Assembly: GCA_965237675.1 (NCBI GenBank)
Contig: OZ250150.1
Span: 672,001 to 736,000, forward strand
Origin: Candidatus Latescibacterota bacterium
Lineage (GTDB): Bacteria; Latescibacterota; UBA2968; GCA-2709665
Length of the DNA stretch: 64,000 nt
Reading direction: 5' to 3'
Part shown: piece after piece, positions 19,823 to 29,805 of the stretch
Layout of the letters: the number at the start of each line of letters is the position of its first letter
How positions within the stretch are numbered: the first letter of the stretch is position 1
Translations under genes and position numbers: made by a program
Notes under the pieces: generated by a model
The model's input: only the letters and a program-made list of their open reading frames with translations
The model's database searches: none
What the model was told of the DNA's origin: nothing

Positions 19823-20233
19823 TTACCTCTCTCGATCAGTGGCAAAGTTGACGCGGAGGGCATCGGCATTGCGAAGTTCCTCGACCACTCTGGATACCAG
19901 CCCGTAGGGCGCCCGCGTATCGCATTTCAGTGAGACGATCAGGCGAGGATTCTGCACGCGGCGTTCGTAGAAGATGGCGGCAACCTGGTTGACCTGGGCG
20001 ATTTTGTCGTCTATATAGACCTTCTGATCCGCGGAGATCCATACATAGGATATATGGCGACGCGTTTTGATTTCCTCGACCTTTTCCGCTTTGGGCAGCA
20101 CAATACCGGTGACCCGATAGCGGACGAAAACCGTCGTGACCATGAAAAAGATCAGGAGGAGAAAGGCGATATCTGCCATTGAACCGGTCGGAATGGACGT
20201 ATGTACCCCGGATTTTTTTGAAAAATCTGCCAT
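19823..20233 (-). CDS. exbD: ExbD/TolR family protein
   Basis: SMADIAFLLLIFFMVTT TM segment with the conserved Asp. Confidence 0.92.
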   Translation of the reverse strand: MADFSKKSGVHTSIPTGSMADIAFLLLIFFMVTTVFVRYRVTGIVLPKAEKVEEIKTRRHISYVWISADQKVYIDDKIAQVNQVAAIFYERRVQNPRLIVSLKCDTRAPYGLVSRVVEELRNADALRVNFATDRER

Positions 20234-20261
20234 GCTGAGGGTCTCCTGTTGCCGGACGTGC

Positions 20262-20678
20262 CTACTTTTCCGGGGATGCTAGAGAGATCCGCGTTGCGCC
20301 CGAAAGCTTGATCTCATCCAGAACGTCTATGAAGTCGGTATAGGGCGTCTCCTCGTCCGCCTTGAGGGAAACGATCAGTTTGTCGTTTTCGCCCAGACGC
20401 CGTTCGATATCGGCGCGGAGTTGCGTCAGACGTATTTCCTGTTCCAGGTTTATAAGAATATCACCGGAAGCATTCACCCAGACGTTGCAGATGTTCTTCT
20501 TCTGGATCTTTTTATTTTCTCCGGCGGGCGGAAGCTGCATGCCAATGCCCTTGTCCTGGTTCATCGTGGTGGTAACCAGGAAAAAGACAATCAGCAGAAA
20601 GGCGATATCCGCCATGGACGAAGTTGGGATTTCCGGGTTGGACTTGTTTCGCCTTGACAACGATGGCTTATTTGCCAT
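20262..20678 (-). CDS. exbD: ExbD/TolR family protein
   Basis: SMADIAFLLIVFFLVTT and LKADEETPY. Confidence 0.92.
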   Translation of the reverse strand: MANKPSLSRRNKSNPEIPTSSMADIAFLLIVFFLVTTTMNQDKGIGMQLPPAGENKKIQKKNICNVWVNASGDILINLEQEIRLTQLRADIERRLGENDKLIVSLKADEETPYTDFIDVLDEIKLSGATRISLASPEK

Positions 20679-20681
20679 GGC

Positions 20682-21308
20682 TTATTCTCCCGCAGGCGTA
20701 TCGTAGCCGGCCTGGATCAGTTCGTCCACGAACTGAGAGGAACTTTCCTGCATATCGATGATGATTTTATCGATCTTGGAGACGAAAAGGTTGTGAAATG
20801 CCTGAATCGGAATGGCGATAACCAGGCCGGAGGCGGTTGTTATGAGTGCCTCGGAAATACCGGAAGCCACAATACTGGGCTCTACGTCACCGGCTTTTGC
20901 AATAGCTTCGAAGGCGCTGATCATACCGCTTACGGTTCCCAGGAACCCGAGCAGCGGGGCAATATTGGCCACGGTGGACAACCAGACCATGCCTTTTTCC
21001 AGGAAGGCCATTTCGATGGCGCCGGATTCTTCGATGGCCTTTTCCACGTGTTCAATCCCTCGATCCAGGCGGAGAAGCCCCGCGTGGAGAACGGAGGCGA
21101 CCGGCCCGCGGTGGCTCGCGCAGACTTCGGCGACGCCTTCCGGCCCTCGCTGCTTGAGCGCTTCCTGAACCGCAGTGAAGAATTCCCGGGTGTCGATTGA
21201 AGACCGCCACAGCGACCAGAAACGTTCTATACTTACCGCAATACCGAAAAGCAACATAAGCAGTAGCGGGTGCATGAAGGGCCCGCCGTTAACATAAAGT
21301 TCAACCAT
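20682..21308 (-). CDS. exbB: ExbB/MotA/TolQ proton channel protein
   Basis: GGPFM, APLLGFLGTVSGMISAF and GISEALITTASGL. Confidence 0.93.
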   Translation of the reverse strand: MVELYVNGGPFMHPLLLMLLFGIAVSIERFWSLWRSSIDTREFFTAVQEALKQRGPEGVAEVCASHRGPVASVLHAGLLRLDRGIEHVEKAIEESGAIEMAFLEKGMVWLSTVANIAPLLGFLGTVSGMISAFEAIAKAGDVEPSIVASGISEALITTASGLVIAIPIQAFHNLFVSKIDKIIIDMQESSSQFVDELIQAGYDTPAGE

Positions 21309-21495
21309 GCTTCAATCCCCCCAGATGACGATGTGAATGTTCGCTGCGGTGGAATAATGCGCGCGTGAAGCGCGGGCCGCCGGCGATCGTCCAGGATTCA
21401 ATCCTGGATCCCGGACGATTTTCGAGCCTCGGCATTCGTAATATTATTGCGACCGAAGATCAGAAAACATGTGACATTTCCAGAACCCGGCATGC

Positions 21496-22698
21496 CTATT
21501 TTTTCCCTTCGATATCCACCTCCTCGTTTTTCTTCTTTTTGAAGAATTCCAGTCTCTTTTTTTCCTCATCGGACATCGGAGGGTCGATTTCATCGATCAT
21601 CCGCTTGGCGTTTCCGGCCCAAAGCGGATCTTTCCCGGCTCTCTTGTACCATTTGAGCGCGTTGACGGAATCCTGAACGGAATTGGATTTCTTCCATTTC
21701 CTGTAATGGAACTCTCCTTTCATGTAGCTGAATTTTCCGTTTCCCGGATCCAATCTGAGACCCCTGTTGACCAGCCTCATTTCGCCGGTAGCATCGGCCA
21801 GTTGCTCAACGACGCTCAGGTTATCGGGTTGAAGCCTGATCATTTTTCTCAGGAGGTCGATCTGAAACCGCCTTGGCTTGTTCAGCTGTTTTCCCAACGT
21901 AAACAACTGGTCCAGATAAAGTAAATCCTCCGGGCTGTGGTCGTGGAGCTTTTGATACGCGCTGAATGCTTTATGGGCCATTTCGAGCCGCCGGTACATT
22001 CTGGCGAGATTGTCCAGCGTGCCGTAATCGCCCGGGTTCATCTTCAGAAGCCGCTCCATCTCCTCGAGGGCTTCGTCTTCGTTGCCCATATGAAGGGCGA
22101 GCTTTGCAATGGCATCCTGTACGTCCGGATTGTCCGGTTCCAATTTACGCCACCGTCGCGTATGCTTCAGCGCCGACTCGTAGTCTTCAATTTCGATATA
22201 GAGTGTGACCAGTTGGTGCAGATATTGGATCTGCTGTTCCGGTTTCTTGGAGAGAGTGAGGAGCTTTTCAAACACCTCGATGGCCTCCTGACGCATTTCT
22301 TCCAATACGTACAGCTGACCGAGGTAGAAACGGGCGTTTCGCGCGTTCGGACCATTGGGATTCAGTTCGATCGTCTTCTTGAACCAGGCAATGGCATCAT
22401 GGGTTACTTCGGTTGCGTAGTACAACTTTCCGAGGTAGTAGGCCGTCTGCGCATTCCTGGAATCGAAGCCCCAGGATTTGGTCAATTGTATACGGGCGTC
22501 TTCGTACAGTTTGTTATCCAGATATCGCTTGCCAAAGTAGACGTGCTTCCGTGACATCGCCCCCGAGTCGACGGGCGCCTCCCGTGGCTTGTGCTCTTTC
22601 TCCTTCGACTTCCTTCTGGCCTGTACCGGTGACAACAAGCCCAGGATCAGAAAGCCGCAGAGAAGAATGATGAAACGATTTGCATACCTGGAACGCAT
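21496..22698 (-). CDS. secreted tetratricopeptide repeat protein
   Basis: RBS AAGGAG, signal peptide ending in VQA, and TPR units (YYLGKLYY..AI.WFKK.IELNP). Confidence 0.88.
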   Translation of the reverse strand: MRSRYANRFIILLCGFLILGLLSPVQARRKSKEKEHKPREAPVDSGAMSRKHVYFGKRYLDNKLYEDARIQLTKSWGFDSRNAQTAYYLGKLYYATEVTHDAIAWFKKTIELNPNGPNARNARFYLGQLYVLEEMRQEAIEVFEKLLTLSKKPEQQIQYLHQLVTLYIEIEDYESALKHTRRWRKLEPDNPDVQDAIAKLALHMGNEDEALEEMERLLKMNPGDYGTLDNLARMYRRLEMAHKAFSAYQKLHDHSPEDLLYLDQLFTLGKQLNKPRRFQIDLLRKMIRLQPDNLSVVEQLADATGEMRLVNRGLRLDPGNGKFSYMKGEFHYRKWKKSNSVQDSVNALKWYKRAGKDPLWAGNAKRMIDEIDPPMSDEEKKRLEFFKKKKNEEVDIEGKK

Positions 22699-22799
22699 AA
22701 CAAACACTCCTTGCCTGCACAGCCCCGACCTACCGCCGTATCTGCGTAAATCGCTGGTATCAAATTGTATACAAGTTGTGTAACTCTTAGAAACGTAGA

Positions 22800-22828
22800 A
22801 ATCTAACGAATAGAAATTTGGATGTCAA
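22800..22828 (-). promoter_or_regulatory. sigma70 promoter for the TPR-exbB-exbD-exbD-tonB operon
   Basis: TTGACA-17 bp-TAGATT on the minus strand. Confidence 0.6.
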
Positions 22829-23201
22829 GGCAAAATCCGTACCTATTTTAAGGAATTGAAATTGCGACGTGTCAGGATGGTGGATGTTCCCCGACGCGTC
22901 GTCGGGAGCGGGCCGGGGCGGGACGAATTCCCAATATATCAAAAGGTGGCGTTTCCGCAACTCGAACCGATGACCGGCAACTCCTTTGATCAGGCGCCAT
23001 TCTCTGTTGAACGGTGCATGCCTGCCTCACCCCCGGGACGCGTGCAACACCCGGCCTGGCATCGCATCAATCTGCGCGATGTTTCACCGGCACCGTTCCG
23101 CTGGAATCCGGAGGATGGCCGGCTTTTCGGGCTGATTGAACCGGATTTTCACGACCTGTGATCCGCAAGCTGCCTTATCAAGAATCCTCATCAAATGCCT
23201 G

Positions 23202-23230
23202 TTGACACAACCTGGCGAATCCGGTATATT
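23202..23230 (+). promoter_or_regulatory. sigma70 promoter upstream of guaB
   Basis: TTGACA-17 bp-TATATT. Confidence 0.65.
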
Positions 23231-23405
23231 GGGATCATTGACTTTGTGCAGGAAGTATATGTACGATCATACCCGTAGTATCCAGCGAGTTTCGCATGCG
23301 CAAGAGGCTTTGGGCATCCGACCTTGTCGTTGAGGGAAGATTTTTTCCGCCCCTGATTAACTGCGCGCCCAGGAGGCATCCGGCCTTGTAATGGGCAAAA
23401 TATGC

Positions 23406-23435
23406 AAACCCCTTGACACGTATGTCAAGGGGTTT
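23406..23435. promoter_or_regulatory. perfect 13-bp inverted repeat in the guaB leader
   Basis: AAACCCCTTGACA-CGTA-TGTCAAGGGGTTT. Confidence 0.6.
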
Positions 23436-23505
23436 CTTGTATCCGGGTGTGTTGCAATGGTTGAGTAATTGGATGCGCCGTTGTACTCAAACCAGGGAGA
23501 CATTT

Positions 23506-24978
23506 ATGGACAGAACCAAGGAAAAAATCGCCAGAGAGGGATTGACTTATGACGATGTGCTGTTGATTCCCGACAAATCCGAAGTGTTGCCCAACGAGGT
23601 GGATCTGACCACGCAGCTCACCCGCAGAATCCGGCTGAATATCCCGCTGGTGAGCGCCGCCATGGATACGGTTACCGAAGCCAGGCTGGCCATCGCGATT
23701 GCCCAGGAAGGCGGCATCGGAATTGTTCACAGGAATCTATCCATTGAAGAGCAGGCCGAGGAAGTGGCGAAGGTGAAGCGGTCGGAAAGCGGGATGATCG
23801 TCGATCCATTGACGCTTTCACCGGACAATTATATCCGAGAGGCACTGGATATGATGTCCAATTATCGAATTTCCGGAGTGCCGATCGTGGACGGCGGCAA
23901 GAGGCTGGTAGGTATCCTGACCAACCGGGACCTCAGATTCCAAAAAAACGTACATCGGAAGGTGTCCGAGGTCATGACACACAAGGGCCTGGTAACGGCC
24001 CGATTGGGCATTTCTCTGGAGGAAGCGCAGGAGATTCTTCAGGAACATCGTATTGAAAAGCTGCCCGTGGTCGACGAAAAGGGTGTGCTTAAAGGGTTAA
24101 TCACTGTAAAGGATATCGAGAAAAAGATTCAGTATCCGCACGCGTGCAAAGACAGACTCGGGAGGCTCCGCGTCGGCGCCGCGGTGGGCGTGGGGAACGA
24201 TCTGGAAGCCCATGTCGGAACGCTGGTCGACCGGGACGTGGATGTGATCGTCGTGGATACGGCCCACGGACATTCGCGGGGTGTGCTTGAATCCGTTGAA
24301 CGCATCAAGAATGCCTTTCCGGCAACCCAGGTGATTGCCGGCAACATTGTAACGGCCGAAGGCGCCCGGGATCTGATTCTGGCGGGAACGGATGCCGTCA
24401 AAGTGGGTATGGGGCCTTCGGCAAGTTGCACCACGCGGGTGATTGCCGGGGCCGGCGTGCCCCAGGTATCGGCGATAATGGACTGCGCCGAGGTCGCGGA
24501 GAAGGCCGGCATTCCGGTGATCGCGGACGGCGGAATCACCCAATCGGGAGATATCACCAAGGCCATTGCGGCCGGCGCGAATTCCGTAATGATCGGTTTT
24601 CTGTTCGCGGGGACCGATGAAAGCCCCGGAGAGTCGGTTATCTACCAGGGACGGACGTTCAAGGTTTATCGGGGCATGGGATCGCTGGGCGCCATGCAGC
24701 GCGGAAGCAAGGACCGATATTTCCAGGGAAACGTCGAGACCAACAAGCTGGTCCCTGAGGGAATCGAGGGGCAGGTTCCTTATAAAGGATCCATATCAGG
24801 ATTCATATATCAACTCATAGGCGGGTTGAGAGCAGGCATGGGCTATTGCGGAACGAGAAATGTTGCGGAACTCCGGAAGAACGGACGTTTCGTAAAGGTC
24901 TCGTCCGCAGGTGTTCGGGAAAGCCACGCGCACGATGTAACGGTTACAAAAGAGGCCCCCAACTACCGGCTGGAATAG
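23506..24978 (+). CDS. guaB: IMP dehydrogenase with CBS pair
   Basis: [38 protein letters not shown] and PEGIEG. Confidence 0.95.
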   Translation: MDRTKEKIAREGLTYDDVLLIPDKSEVLPNEVDLTTQLTRRIRLNIPLVSAAMDTVTEARLAIAIAQEGGIGIVHRNLSIEEQAEEVAKVKRSESGMIVDPLTLSPDNYIREALDMMSNYRISGVPIVDGGKRLVGILTNRDLRFQKNVHRKVSEVMTHKGLVTARLGISLEEAQEILQEHRIEKLPVVDEKGVLKGLITVKDIEKKIQYPHACKDRLGRLRVGAAVGVGNDLEAHVGTLVDRDVDVIVVDTAHGHSRGVLESVERIKNAFPATQVIAGNIVTAEGARDLILAGTDAVKVGMGPSASCTTRVIAGAGVPQVSAIMDCAEVAEKAGIPVIADGGITQSGDITKAIAAGANSVMIGFLFAGTDESPGESVIYQGRTFKVYRGMGSLGAMQRGSKDRYFQGNVETNKLVPEGIEGQVPYKGSISGFIYQLIGGLRAGMGYCGTRNVAELRKNGRFVKVSSAGVRESHAHDVTVTKEAPNYRLE

Positions 24979-24999
24979 AGTCTGAGCGGACGATCGGCG

Positions 25000-25035
25000 A
25001 ACGGCAGATGGCACTCGACATCTGCCGTTTCATTT
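25000..25035 (+). terminator. probable terminator after guaB
   Basis: AACGGCAGATG/CATCTGCCGTT stem followed by TCATTT. Confidence 0.6.
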
Positions 25036-25064
25036 GGATTTCCCATAGGAAGCGGAAGGTCAGC

Positions 25065-26192
25065 GTGCAGATCGATATCCAGGATTTACGGGCCCGGTTT
25101 CCGGTTACGGAACATTGGATATACATGAATCACGCCGGGATCGCGCCCATCTCCCGGTGTGTCTACCGGGCAATGGACGGCATTCTCAAAGACCTGACCC
25201 ACAACGGCATGGTAAACCTGCACGAGTGGGACGAGGTCTGTTTACAGACGCGTAAATCGGCCGCCCGTCTGGTTGGCGCGAGCGCTGCGGAGATTGCCTT
25301 TGTCAAGAATACGACAGAAGGTATTTTGATGGTTGCCAACGGATTGACATGGCAGTCGGGCGACAACGTCGTGATCCCCGATCGGGGATTTCCAGCCAAT
25401 GTCTACCCATGGCTGAACCTGAGGTCAGAAGGCGTCGAGGTGCGGCGTGTTCCCGAGGTTGACGGGCGTATCCCGCTGGATGATTTGTTGAATGCCGTCG
25501 ACGAACGAACACGTGTGCTATCTGTGAGTTCGGTCGAGTTCGCAAGCGGATTTCGGCACGACCTGCGGGAAATCGGCAGATTCTGCAGAGCACGTGGCGT
25601 TCTTTTTTTTGTGGATGTCATTCAGAGCCTCGGGGTGCTGACCCTGGACGTCTCGGACGCCCAAATCGATTTTGTTTCGGCCGACGCTCACAAGTGGCTG
25701 CTGGGTCCGGAAGGAATCGGCATTTTTTATTGCTCACGCCGCGCATGGCCTCATCTGCGGGTGGCGAACCTGGGCTGGGCGAATGTGGTCGAACCCAGGG
25801 ATTTTCTGTCGTACGATACCACGCTGCTGTCCGATGCGCAGCGGTTCGAATGCGGCACGTTGAATACGGTTGGCATTCATGGGTTGAGGGCCGGCCTCGA
25901 CCTCATTCATCGGGCAGGCATCGAACGGATCGAAGCGAAGGTGTTGTCATTGACGGATCAACTCTGCGCCGGGCTTGAGGAAAAAGGCTATCGTGTGGTC
26001 AGCTCGAGAACTTGTGGTGAAAAGTCGGGCATTGTCGTCTTCCATCATTCCCGAATCGACACGGAAGCGATCTACGGGAAGCTGTGTGCGGCACGTATCG
26101 TATGCGCGATACGGGGAGGCCGCATCCGACTGTCGCCGCATTTCTACAATACAGAAGACGAAGTCGATCAGGTGCTGGATATCCTTCCGTAG
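25065..26192 (+). CDS. class V PLP aminotransferase (cysteine desulfurase-like)
   Basis: YMNHAG, NTTEG, DVIQSLG, ADAHKWLLGPEG and IRLSPHFYNT. Confidence 0.9.
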   Translation: MQIDIQDLRARFPVTEHWIYMNHAGIAPISRCVYRAMDGILKDLTHNGMVNLHEWDEVCLQTRKSAARLVGASAAEIAFVKNTTEGILMVANGLTWQSGDNVVIPDRGFPANVYPWLNLRSEGVEVRRVPEVDGRIPLDDLLNAVDERTRVLSVSSVEFASGFRHDLREIGRFCRARGVLFFVDVIQSLGVLTLDVSDAQIDFVSADAHKWLLGPEGIGIFYCSRRAWPHLRVANLGWANVVEPRDFLSYDTTLLSDAQRFECGTLNTVGIHGLRAGLDLIHRAGIERIEAKVLSLTDQLCAGLEEKGYRVVSSRTCGEKSGIVVFHHSRIDTEAIYGKLCAARIVCAIRGGRIRLSPHFYNTEDEVDQVLDILP

Positions 26193-26240
26193 GATCCATT
26201 GCCGCTTGAGAGGCGGTAAAATCCCCGCAAGGCGGATATC

Positions 26241-26657
26241 ATGGCGGAGAACGTCGCAGGCGAGATCGAGAATCTTCTGGCCTCACTTGAAAATGCCGTT
26301 ATCCGACGGGATCCCCAAGCATTGGAAGACGTCCTGGCGGCGGATGTCTGCGCTTTTTTTTCGGGAGCATACGCCTCCGTACGCGGCCGGGAGGCGGTGC
26401 TGGCCACATGGATACGACACTTCGAGCGCTGGTCTGACGTCCGTATCGCACGACGGAATACAGTGGTCGGTTCACAGGGAAATGTGGCCTGGGGGCACTT
26501 TCTGTGGGATGGAGAAGGCAGGATGGGCGCGCAAAACTACAGGTTGGAAGGCGAACGGTGGACCGTGGTTCTGCAATTTGAGAATGGTTGCTGGCGGTTT
26601 GTGCAGATGCATTCGTCCATGCCATACAGGGATTGGGAAGCACATCGCACGGAGTGA
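26241..26657 (+). CDS. SnoaL/NTF2-like protein
   Basis: RDPQAL..LA.D, VRGREAV, GNVAW and RWTVVLQFENGCWRFVQMHSS. Confidence 0.85.
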   Translation: MAENVAGEIENLLASLENAVIRRDPQALEDVLAADVCAFFSGAYASVRGREAVLATWIRHFERWSDVRIARRNTVVGSQGNVAWGHFLWDGEGRMGAQNYRLEGERWTVVLQFENGCWRFVQMHSSMPYRDWEAHRTE

Positions 26658-26820
26658 TTTTCCAGGGATAACGTCCGGTGCCGGTATACCGGATTCGCGG
26701 CGTTGGGAATCCCTGAACCCCTTCGGCGCGGGTAGGATGCATCTGCGCCTTACGATGCGGATTCCGTTCTCCTGGACAGCAGGGTAAAGCGTCGGCGAAT
26801 ACAGATTTCAAAAGAGGGTC

Positions 26821-27936
26821 GTGGTGGATGAATTGCCGGAGACGATTCTGCAATTTGGCGGAGGCAGTTTTCTCCGGGCGTTCGCGGATGTGTTCGTACA
26901 CGAGGCGAATGCCTTCGGTGAAGCCGTGGGGCGCGTCGTGGTGGTGCAGTCCACCAAGGGCAATCGCGCGGCGTTGCTGAACGCGCAGGGCGGGCGGTAT
27001 CACGTTGTGATCAGGGGGTTGGCGGACGGGGAAAAAATCGACAGAACACTCGCGGTTCGGAGTATCAGCCGGGCGCTGGTTGCGAAAGCCGAATGGGCAG
27101 GGGTGATCGCGGTTGCCCGGTCGCCGGCTTTGCGCATGATTATTTCCAACACGACCGAAGCGGGGTACTCGCTCGTTGACAAAGATGATCCCGAAATGCC
27201 CCGTTCATTCCCCGCCCGACTGCTTTGCGTTCTTCAAGCACGATACGAAGCCGGGCTGGCGGGACTGTCGGTGTTGCCCTGCGAACTCGTAGAGCCGAAT
27301 GGCGAGTTGCTGCGGGAACTGGTGCTTGCCCAGGCCGAAGCCTGGCGTCTGAATGCGGGGTTTCAGGACTGGATTCGGATTGAGGTGCGATGGGTGAACA
27401 CGCTGGTGGATCGAATCGTAAGCGGTACGCCGGAAGCGCATCCGCTTCTGGCGTCAGACGGGTTGCTGACGGCAGCGGAGCCGTTTGCCCTTTGGGTGGT
27501 CGAGGCGGAAGCCGGGGATCTCTTCGCACACCCGTGTGTCCGGTTCGTTAACGACGTTCGACCTTATGCGATGCGGAAGGTGCGCATCTTGAACGGAGCC
27601 CATACGGCACTGGTATGCAGGGCGCTTCCGAATGGGTTACGCACGGTTCGGGAGGCCGTTGAGGATCCGCTGGTTGGGTTGTGGTTGAGGCGGCTGATTT
27701 TCGAGGAGATCGTACCAACGCTTCAGGACGTCGTGGACGATGCCGATCGATTTGCCGAACAGGTTCTGGAGCGATTCGCCAATCCTTATCTGGATCACCG
27801 ACTCGAGGATATTGCGCTACATCACGAGCAGAAAGTGAACGTCCGGCTGATGCCGACCTATAAGGCATATCTGGAGGCATTTGGACGGCCGCCGGGTTTA
27901 CTGGGGGACATACTCGCTCGGGAAACCACGCGATGA
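26821..27936 (+). CDS. uxaB: altronate/tagaturonate oxidoreductase-like (mannitol dehydrogenase family)
   Basis: LPETILQFGGGSFLRAF, ISNTTEAG, PCEL, NTLVDRIV, KVRILNGAHT and RFANPY. Confidence 0.8.
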   Translation: MVDELPETILQFGGGSFLRAFADVFVHEANAFGEAVGRVVVVQSTKGNRAALLNAQGGRYHVVIRGLADGEKIDRTLAVRSISRALVAKAEWAGVIAVARSPALRMIISNTTEAGYSLVDKDDPEMPRSFPARLLCVLQARYEAGLAGLSVLPCELVEPNGELLRELVLAQAEAWRLNAGFQDWIRIEVRWVNTLVDRIVSGTPEAHPLLASDGLLTAAEPFALWVVEAEAGDLFAHPCVRFVNDVRPYAMRKVRILNGAHTALVCRALPNGLRTVREAVEDPLVGLWLRRLIFEEIVPTLQDVVDDADRFAEQVLERFANPYLDHRLEDIALHHEQKVNVRLMPTYKAYLEAFGRPPGLLGDILARETTR

Positions 27937-28583
27937 CGTCGTCCGAATGCCGCCGATATGCGATTCCTGGGGGAATTTACCGGACAGAAAAAGAGATTGA
28001 ACGCAGCCGGTTCATCGCTACGATAACACACGCGCAGACGGTGGAATCGGCAAGGTCGTTCGTGGAACGGATACGTGCGGAATTCTCGGACGCGACTCAC
28101 AATTGCTGGGCATATCTGATCGGACCGCCTGGCACGACGGGCACGGCGGGAATGAGCGACGACGGAGAACCCCGCGGCACGGCGGGGCGGCCGATGTTGA
28201 CAACGTTGGTGCATAGCGGCGTGGGCGACGTCGCGGTCGTGGTTACACGGTACTTTGGCGGCACGAAGCTGGGCCGGGGCGGCCTGGTTCGCGCGTATTC
28301 CGGCGCGGTGAAAGCCGTGCTGGAAAAACTCAGTCTTGCTGAACGTGTGGTTTGCCAGATGCTGCACGTGACTATCGATTATGCAACAGTGACGGCCTTT
28401 AAGCGGTTGCTTGCGCGATACGAAGCAGACGTGGCGGCCGAGTCGTTTGCCGAGAAGGTGGAATACAGACTTCGATTGCCCTGCGAGCGCGAGGGGGCAT
28501 TCCGTGCTGAACTCGTCAATCTGACCCAAGGTGAGGCGATCGTGGAGGTGATTTCTCCGGACCGGGGAGGTGTTGATGGATAA
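27933..28583 (+). CDS. yigZ: YigZ/IMPACT family protein
   Basis: SRFI, DATHNCWAY, SDDGEPRGTAG and VTRYFGGTKLGRGGLVRAY. Confidence 0.93.
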   Translation: MTSSECRRYAIPGGIYRTEKEIERSRFIATITHAQTVESARSFVERIRAEFSDATHNCWAYLIGPPGTTGTAGMSDDGEPRGTAGRPMLTTLVHSGVGDVAVVVTRYFGGTKLGRGGLVRAYSGAVKAVLEKLSLAERVVCQMLHVTIDYATVTAFKRLLARYEADVAAESFAEKVEYRLRLPCEREGAFRAELVNLTQGEAIVEVISPDRGGVDG

Positions 28584-29802
28584 AGCGGCACTCCTGGGCG
28601 GCTCGCCCGTCCGATCCAGACCGTTTCCGTCCTGGCCGCAGTCGGACGGGCGGGATCTGGATTATCTGCGCGAGGTACTGGATACGAGCCTGTGGGGAGG
28701 TACCATCCACGGCCCGAAGGTGACGTCGTTTTGCGATGCATTCGCGAAGTATTCGGATGCGCGACATGGCGTGGGGATGGGCAGCTGTACGGCCGGGCTG
28801 GAGTTGTCCCTCCGGGCATTCGGCGTCGGACCGGGAGACGAAGTGATCGTCCCTGCCTACACGTTTATAGCAACGGCGCTGGCGCCGCTTACGATCGGCG
28901 CGGATATCGTATTCGTGGACATCGACCCCCGGACGTTCTGCGCAACGCCTGAGACGATAGAAAGGGCGATATCGCCGCGCACGAAAGCGATGATTCCCGT
29001 CCATTTCGCCGGTCACGCAGCAAACGTGGAAGGAATTCAGGCGTTGGCGGACAAATACGGGCTGAAGGTGGTATGGGACGCGGCCCACGCGCACACATCC
29101 GGATGGCGGGGCAGGATGCTGGGCGGTCTCGGCGACGTGGCGGTCTACAGTTTCAACCACGCAAAGAATCTGACTTGCGGTGAGGGCGGGATTGTGACCA
29201 CGAACGACGAGGAGCTCGCGGATTTTCTGAAGTTTACACTTTCAACGTTCGGAAGAAAAAAGGGCCGGCCCTGGTACGAACATCACCATCTGGGGTTTTC
29301 GGATCCATTGACAGAATTTCAGGGCGCAATTCTGCAGGGACAGTTCGAGCGGTTGGAGGAGCAGAGCCTGAAGCGCGAGGAGAATGCCAGGTTGCTGATT
29401 CGCGGGTTGACGGAGGTTGAAGGAATAAAACCGCCGTTCATTTCGCCGGATGTCACACGCCACGGTTGGCACGTGTTCGTCATGACCTACAACGCGGAGG
29501 CATTCAAGGGGCTTCCCGTGGAGACGTTTCGCAGGGCGCTCGAAGCGGAGGGAATCCCGAACGGCGGGTATACCTATCCTTTGTATGACAATCCCATGTT
29601 CAACAAAGAGACAGGCGAGGTTGCCGGAGCGCAGGGCAGGTGCCGCGTGATGCCGTGTCCTGTGAGCGAGTGGGCATGCAGGGAAGGCGTATTCAATATA
29701 GCGCAATCGACGTTGCTGGATGACGCCGACGGGATGAACGATATTGTGGCGGCAATTGAGAAGGTAAAAGCAAATGCCAACGTTCTGGACTGGAAGGAGT
29801 GA
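28576..29802 (+). CDS. DegT/DnrJ/EryC1/StrS aminotransferase
   Basis: GDEVIVPAYTFIAT, PVHFAG, DAAHAH and SFNHAKNLTCGEGG. Confidence 0.92.
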   Translation: MDKAALLGGSPVRSRPFPSWPQSDGRDLDYLREVLDTSLWGGTIHGPKVTSFCDAFAKYSDARHGVGMGSCTAGLELSLRAFGVGPGDEVIVPAYTFIATALAPLTIGADIVFVDIDPRTFCATPETIERAISPRTKAMIPVHFAGHAANVEGIQALADKYGLKVVWDAAHAHTSGWRGRMLGGLGDVAVYSFNHAKNLTCGEGGIVTTNDEELADFLKFTLSTFGRKKGRPWYEHHHLGFSDPLTEFQGAILQGQFERLEEQSLKREENARLLIRGLTEVEGIKPPFISPDVTRHGWHVFVMTYNAEAFKGLPVETFRRALEAEGIPNGGYTYPLYDNPMFNKETGEVAGAQGRCRVMPCPVSEWACREGVFNIAQSTLLDDADGMNDIVAAIEKVKANANVLDWKE

Positions 29803-29805
29803 GCG

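Noticed and set aside
23230-23500. Purine or c-di-GMP riboswitch upstream of guaB
   Set aside because: Core consensus nucleotides not found by eye
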